This document shows positions 58,981 to 64,000 of a DNA stretch of 64,000 bases, one piece after another. The notes beneath the pieces are model-generated. The model was not told where the DNA came from and did not search any database. It saw only the letters and a list, made by a program, of their open reading frames with translations. Location of the stretch: contig OZ245843.1 of NCBI GenBank assembly GCA_965228875.1, positions 4,818,616 through 4,882,615 on the forward strand, written 5' to 3'. Origin of the DNA: Thalassobaculaceae bacterium (lineage in GTDB: Bacteria; Pseudomonadota; Alphaproteobacteria; Thalassobaculales; Thalassobaculaceae). Position 1 is the stretch's first letter, and each line of letters opens with the position of its first letter. The position numbers were made by a program, and so were the translations under genes.

Positions 58981-59346
58981 CTAGAGATGGATGATCTCGT
59001 CGTCGTCATCCTGCATCAGGTCTTCGGCGAAGTCCTTCGCGGCGACGTCCTCGTCGAGAATGCGGTTCAGCGCGTCGCGCAGGGTGCGCAGCAGATCCTC
59101 TGCCGCCCGGTCGTCGATGTCGCGGAAGATCGCCTCGTAGTCGAGCAGCTCGCGGTCGAGCATGGCGGCGCGGTCGGTGCGGTTGGCGGCGATCAGCTGG
59201 TCGAGCTGTCGCCGGGCCTCGTCGACCAGTTCGACGGCCTCGTCGCGGCGAAGCACGCCCTTGGACACCAGGGCGCGCATGGTGTTCACCTGCAGGATGA
59301 ACGAGGCCATGGCAAAGGCCTCGGTCTTTATGTCGCGTTTAATCAA
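58981..59346 (-). CDS. hypothetical helical, acidic protein
   Basis: Coding-like codon usage; TTG start overlaps the MFS stop (alternative ATG 59310); no family recognised. Confidence 0.65.
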   Translation of the reverse strand: MIKRDIKTEAFAMASFILQVNTMRALVSKGVLRRDEAVELVDEARRQLDQLIAANRTDRAAMLDRELLDYEAIFRDIDDRAAEDLLRTLRDALNRILDEDVAAKDFAEDLMQDDDDEIIHL

Positions 59347-60602
59347 CCGGTTCCGCCTTTCCGTACTGTCCCCGCGGTCACGCCGTACCACACAAGGCTG
59401 AGGATCTGCAGCACCAGTATACCGCCAAACACCCACTGATAGGCTTCCGGTCGGTACCCGCCGTCGGCGAGCGGCTCCCACAGGTCGATCGCCGCGCCCA
59501 TCAGGTACTGACCGGCGAAGGCGCCGAAGAAGGCCAGAGTGTTCATCGCGGTCGACACCCGGCCCGACAGGGCGAGCGGGAAGTGGCCGTTCAGCAGCGG
59601 ATAGACCAGGGCCGCGCCGTTGGCCAGGAGACCGAAGGCGATCCACGGCACAGCGCTGGCCGGCGCGAGTTCGAAGACGACCACCGCCTGGCTCGCCATG
59701 AACAGGATCGTGCTGACGACGATGACCCGCGACAGGGGAACGCCGCGTCGGGTGCAGGCGTCGGCGATAATCCCGGTGAGCACGAAACCGAGGGTCATCG
59801 CCGCCGCCAGCCACAGCAGCGTGTCGGCCACGGCTTCGCGGCCGAGACCGCCGACGTCGCGCAGCCAGGGTCCGGCCCACAACCCCTGGATCGCCAGGTT
59901 GGCGGTCATGGTCGTGACCGTCAGCGGCGCGACCCGCCAGAAGAGCAGGTCGGCGAACACCTCGCGCAGGCCGGAGATCTGTCGGCCCAGCCCGTCGCCG
60001 GCGCCGTGGATCGGGCGTTCCGGAACGATCAGGCGGATCGTCATCGCGACGGCAACGGTGATGACGGCGAGGCCGAGGAACACGCCGCGCCAGTCCGTCA
60101 CGTGCAGGGCCATCTCCAGCGGTCGGGTGGCCGCCACCGCGCCGAGCCCGCCGATCGCCATGAAGCAGCCGTTGATCAGCGGCCACCGGTCCTTGGGAAA
60201 CCACAGCGTGATGGCCTTGAAGGACGCCATCAGCCCGCCGGCCACGCCGAGGCCGATGAAGGCGCGGGCGACCGCGAGCGTGAGCAGCGAGTCGCCGAAG
60301 GCGAACAGGGCCGCACCCAGGGCGGCGGACAGCAGCAGCACCGACTGAACGCGCCGTGGCCCGAAACGGTCGAGCAGCAGGCCGAGCGGAAGCTGAAACC
60401 CCGCGAAGGCGAGGAAGTACGTGCTCGTCAGAAGGCCGAGGTCGCCGGCGTCGAGCCCGATCTCGGCGGTCAGTTGCGGCGCGATCACCGCGTTGGTCGA
60501 CCGGAAGAGGTAGGAGAGGAAGTAGCCGCCGGCGAACGGCACGAACACCACAAGCAGCAGGCGTGCGACGCTCGGGGCCGGGGATGCGGTGGTTGCGGTC
60601 AT
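59343..60602 (-). CDS. MFS transporter
   Basis: GLLLDRFGPRR motif A, about 12 TM segments. Confidence 0.92.
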   Translation of the reverse strand: MTATTASPAPSVARLLLVVFVPFAGGYFLSYLFRSTNAVIAPQLTAEIGLDAGDLGLLTSTYFLAFAGFQLPLGLLLDRFGPRRVQSVLLLSAALGAALFAFGDSLLTLAVARAFIGLGVAGGLMASFKAITLWFPKDRWPLINGCFMAIGGLGAVAATRPLEMALHVTDWRGVFLGLAVITVAVAMTIRLIVPERPIHGAGDGLGRQISGLREVFADLLFWRVAPLTVTTMTANLAIQGLWAGPWLRDVGGLGREAVADTLLWLAAAMTLGFVLTGIIADACTRRGVPLSRVIVVSTILFMASQAVVVFELAPASAVPWIAFGLLANGAALVYPLLNGHFPLALSGRVSTAMNTLAFFGAFAGQYLMGAAIDLWEPLADGGYRPEAYQWVFGGILVLQILSLVWYGVTAGTVRKGGTG

Positions 60603-60795
60603 AGGGGGGCCTTTCGATGGGGCCCCGTTAGACCACGGGCGGTCCGGGAGTGTCGAGGCGCCGCGATCATCGGGCGGGTCCCGGGGCGGGCGATCTAACG
60701 CCGGTCTTGCACCCGTCCGAGCGGAGGGCTACTGCACCGCCCGACGGCGACCCGAAGGGATGCCGGATCTGACAAGAAGGCGAGGGGAGCAGACG

Positions 60796-61569
60796 GTGAC
60801 CAGGGACATCGTGCGGGTGAGCGTTCAGTTCGGTGGCCGTCAGGTCGATCTGTACTGTCCGGAAGGCGAGACGATCACCCGGGAACTCGCGAGGTCCGGC
60901 GTGTGGGAACGGCACCTGTCCTCCTTCTTCATTCACAGTTTGTGGCGAAAGACAGGGGTCGTCTTCTTCGATGTCGGCGCGAACTTCGGCTACTACTCGG
61001 TTCTCGCCGGGATGCTGATGCAGTCGGGCCGGGTGGTGGCCGTCGAGCCGCAATCGGGCCTGCTCGCCCTGCTGAAGAAAAACCTGGGCAACCTGTCCGC
61101 CATCGAGACTTCCCTCGAGCACCGCGCCGTGGGCGCTACCGGCGGCACAGTGCGGATCGCCGCCGATCTTGAGGATTCCGGTGGCGCGCACCGGGCCGAC
61201 GACGGCGAGGAGGTCGCGCTGGTCACGCTGGACGACCTGTCCGGCAGGCACGGACTTCCGAGCCTGATCAAGATGGACATCGAAGGAATGGAGGGCGACG
61301 CGATCGCCGGCGGGGAGCGGACGTTCCGCGAGGGGTCGCCGGCGATCTGCATGGAATTCCAGCCGGGGGCGTTCTTCCGGTCGGACAACGATCTGTTCGA
61401 GCAGATGGTGCTGCTGGAGTCGCTGGGCTACAGGTTCCACTTCTTTCGCGGGCACTCGAACCATGCCGCCGAGCCGATCAGCGCCCAGCTCCTGAAGGAG
61501 CTCGTGGCGTACTGGCGATCGATCGGCGTCGAGAAGGTCCACATGGACCTTCTCTGCGCGAAGGTGTAG
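60796..61569 (+). CDS. FkbM family methyltransferase
   Basis: FFDVGANFGYYS, VVAVEP, VTLDD, IKMDIEGME; GTG start after a GAGGGGAG RBS. Confidence 0.9.
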   Translation: MTRDIVRVSVQFGGRQVDLYCPEGETITRELARSGVWERHLSSFFIHSLWRKTGVVFFDVGANFGYYSVLAGMLMQSGRVVAVEPQSGLLALLKKNLGNLSAIETSLEHRAVGATGGTVRIAADLEDSGGAHRADDGEEVALVTLDDLSGRHGLPSLIKMDIEGMEGDAIAGGERTFREGSPAICMEFQPGAFFRSDNDLFEQMVLLESLGYRFHFFRGHSNHAAEPISAQLLKELVAYWRSIGVEKVHMDLLCAKV

Positions 61570-61588
61570 CGGCGGCGCCCCGAGGTGT

Positions 61589-62386
61589 TCAGCTCTCGAC
61601 GAACCGGACCGCCAGCCCGTTCAGGAAAGAACGGTCGACGACCAGTGCGTTGCTGTCCCGCTCGGCGGCCGGCAGGTGCGGCTCGGCAGCGGAAAGGTCC
61701 GTGACCCGCACGGTGATCTCGGGGAATGCGGCTGGGCCTTCCTCCACCGTCAGGCTGTCCTGGCCGAGGACGATGTGGGTCGTGCGCGTTCCGCCGGAGA
61801 AGCGCCGCAGGAAGCTGTCCGCCGCGTCCGGTTCCGGCGCGGTCACCATGACGGAGGCGAGGCGCTGCGCCCCGTTGGCGTGGGTCTGGTAGTCCGGCTT
61901 CCAGAAGACCGATGGCGTATGCTGCTGGCAGGTGAAGAACCCGAGCCCCGGCAGCGATGGATCGTCGGCGAAGGCGAGCGAGAACGCGACGCGCTGCTGC
62001 GAGCCGTCGGGCTGGGTGGCCTGACGCTCGAAGTCGAACGGATCGTAAACGTGCAGGCCTCGCGACCGCCAGTCGGCGAGATCGCCGTCGCGGTTGTTGC
62101 TGGCCAGCACCAGCATCGACATGCCCTCGCCGCGTATCGCCAGAAAGTCGAGGTTGTGCGCGGCGAAGGAGAAGCGGTTGTCGTCGCCGCGGGTGATCCG
62201 CGACTCGTCGTCGATCTCCAGCAACTCGATGAAGTTGCCCTGCATCTGGATCAGCGAGTTGGCGGTGCCGAACGGATGCACCGCGCGCGGCGTGCAGGTG
62301 AAACCGCAGGCGGACCAGGCGGCCTGGGCGGCGGCGAGATCGCGGGTCATGACCACGATGTGGTCGATATCGCGGGGTTCGGTCAT
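61589..62386 (-). CDS. VOC / glyoxalase-like family protein
   Basis: IDHIVV..RDL, GF...P...HPFGTAN, FIELL, FFTCQ, HANGA. Confidence 0.88.
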   Translation of the reverse strand: MTEPRDIDHIVVMTRDLAAAQAAWSACGFTCTPRAVHPFGTANSLIQMQGNFIELLEIDDESRITRGDDNRFSFAAHNLDFLAIRGEGMSMLVLASNNRDGDLADWRSRGLHVYDPFDFERQATQPDGSQQRVAFSLAFADDPSLPGLGFFTCQQHTPSVFWKPDYQTHANGAQRLASVMVTAPEPDAADSFLRRFSGGTRTTHIVLGQDSLTVEEGPAAFPEITVRVTDLSAAEPHLPAAERDSNALVVDRSFLNGLAVRFVES

Positions 62387-62522
62387 CGCGTGGCTCCGAG
62401 GTGGGGACGTGGACGGCCGAGCCTGGGGTCGACGGCCTGGTCAAGGCAACGTAGAAATCCCGCGATGTGCGGCGCGCGAAATTTTCTGTCTGTCGCCGTA
62501 GCGCTATTGCAGCGGGGTAGAT

Positions 62523-63764
62523 ATGGCGCAGCTTCATTCCGGGTTAGGCCTGCTCGCGATTTTCGCGATCGCCTGGGCCTTGAGCGAAGGCCGTTGGCGG
62601 GTCGGCTGGCGCATTCCCGTGGTGGGTATCCTGATGCAACTCGGCCTCGCCCTGGCGATGCTGCGCGTCCCGATGCTGCGCGACGGGGTGGCGACATTGA
62701 ACGATGCGATCCTCTCGCTGCAGACGGCTACAAAGGCGGGAACCTCGCTGGTGTTCGGCTATCTCGGCGGAGCGCCGCTGCCGTTCCAGGAGAGCTACCC
62801 CGGTGCATCGTTCGTCCTCGCCTTTCAGGCGTTGCCGCTGGTGATCGTCGTCAGCGCGCTGACCTCGGCGCTGATCTATCTGCGGATCCTGCCGTGGATC
62901 GTGCGCGGCTTCGCGGCGTTGCTGGAGCGGGCCTTCGGCATCGGAGGACCGGTCGGCCTGGCCTGCGCCGCCAACGTGTTCTTCGGCATGATCGAGGCCC
63001 CCGTCCTGGCCCGCGACTACCTGCACCGCCTCGACCGGGGCGAGATGTTCATGGTGATGACCACGGGCATGGCCACCATCGCCGGCACGGTCCTGGCACT
63101 TTATGCCGGATTCGTGGCGCCGGTGGTCGACAACGGCATCGGCCATCTCATCTCGGCGTCGATCATCAGTGTGCCGGCCGCCATCGCGATCGCCGCCATC
63201 ATGGTGCCGCGCCAGGGACCGCCCACGCCCGGCGATCTCGAAATCGTCTCGCCGGCAGCTAACCTGATGGACGCGATCACCCAGGGCACCGAACAGGGGC
63301 TGCGTCTGTTCCTGTCGATTGTCGCCATGCTGCTGGTGATGGTCGCGCTGGTGAGCCTCGTCGATGCGATTCTGGGCCTCCTGCCGGAGGTGCTTGGCAG
63401 CCCGGTGTCGACCGGTGCGATGCTCTCCTGGATCTTCCGCCCGGTCGTCTGGCTGATCGGCATCCCCTGGGCCGAGGCGGGCGAGGCGGCGCGGCTGATG
63501 GGGATCAAGACCGCCCTCAACGAACTGCTCGCCTATCTCGAGTTCTCCAAGCTTCCGGAGGAGGCGATGAGCGAGCGTTCCAAACTGATCCTGCTCTATG
63601 CGCTGTGCGGCTTCGCCAATTTCGGCAGTCTCGGCATCATGATCGGAGGACTGGCAACCCTGATGCCGGACCGTCGTGGAGAGATCGCCGGCCTCGCTCC
63701 GAAGTCTCTGATCGCCGGAACCCTGGCGACCCTGGCGACCGGGGCGGTCGTGGGGGTGGTCTGA
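62523..63764 (+). CDS. concentrative nucleoside transporter (CNT/NupC family)
   Basis: AGTSLVFG, AFQALP, ANVFFGMIEAP, GMATIAG, KTALNE, YALCGFANFGS.GI.IGG. Confidence 0.94.
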   Translation: MAQLHSGLGLLAIFAIAWALSEGRWRVGWRIPVVGILMQLGLALAMLRVPMLRDGVATLNDAILSLQTATKAGTSLVFGYLGGAPLPFQESYPGASFVLAFQALPLVIVVSALTSALIYLRILPWIVRGFAALLERAFGIGGPVGLACAANVFFGMIEAPVLARDYLHRLDRGEMFMVMTTGMATIAGTVLALYAGFVAPVVDNGIGHLISASIISVPAAIAIAAIMVPRQGPPTPGDLEIVSPAANLMDAITQGTEQGLRLFLSIVAMLLVMVALVSLVDAILGLLPEVLGSPVSTGAMLSWIFRPVVWLIGIPWAEAGEAARLMGIKTALNELLAYLEFSKLPEEAMSERSKLILLYALCGFANFGSLGIMIGGLATLMPDRRGEIAGLAPKSLIAGTLATLATGAVVGVV

Positions 63765-63813
63765 ACCGCGCCGGGCAGGACCCGCAGCCTGCACGTCGTC
63801 GGGTACACGCGCA

Positions 63814-63842
63814 TTGACGCGCCGGATGACACCGGCTTAAGT
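63814..63842 (+). promoter_or_regulatory. sigma70-like promoter for the gene beyond the window end
   Basis: TTGACG-N17-TTAAGT. Confidence 0.5.
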
Positions 63843-63983
63843 GCCTCTCATGTGACGGGCGGGGGCCCGTCGCCAACGATGCGAGCGTCGGCCTCGCCTG
63901 CCGCGCCTCCGGAATGTCAATCCGGGAGCGGGCTATCGGGCGGTGAACCGACGACCATTGGCACACACGTGGGAGCTAATGAG

Positions 63984-64000
63984 ATGCGTAAGACTCTGCT
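63984..64000 (+). CDS. probable 5' end of the next gene (MRKTL..., signal-peptide-like)
   Basis: GGGAG RBS upstream; only five codons visible. Confidence 0.35.

Overview
A GC-rich chromosomal segment of an alphaproteobacterium; gene order and protein style suggest Rhodospirillales (inference). It holds about 67 CDS and one tRNA-Ala(GGC). The core scaffold is aroA-cmk-rpsA-ihfB..lapA-pyrF-trpF, TIGR02300-tRNA-Ala, petABC-mtnP, trmL, lgt-SAM methyltransferase-pgeF-M24, csaA, aspartate aminotransferase and sfsA-map-radC. Many small accessory genes are interleaved (SDRs, MFS transporters, peptidases, a dehydratase, aminotransferases, glutaminase, a CNT transporter). I see no transposase, integrase, prophage, rRNA or CRISPR array. 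The leads most worth checking are: (1) a PhaR-type box upstream of a coupled bdhA-patatin pair, matching two boxes at the phasin promoter, which suggests a patatin-type PHB mobilisation route; (2) a chemoreceptor with a very large periplasmic domain divergent from a stand-alone secreted PDC/Cache-like protein across an AT-rich spacer with CtrA-like boxes; (3) a ferritin-like / SRPBCC-Zn-ribbon-adenylate cyclase / dehydrogenase operon; (4) a 22-aa hydrophobic ORF missing from the ORF track and coupled to a lipoprotein; (5) an orphan flagellin whose sigma54 promoter predicts an almost leaderless mRNA; (6) a family-5 solute-binding protein with no signal peptide; (7) a RIME-like double palindrome at the edge of an inserted paiB-mocR module. 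Start codons were chosen by eye and family calls come from motif recognition, not database searches.
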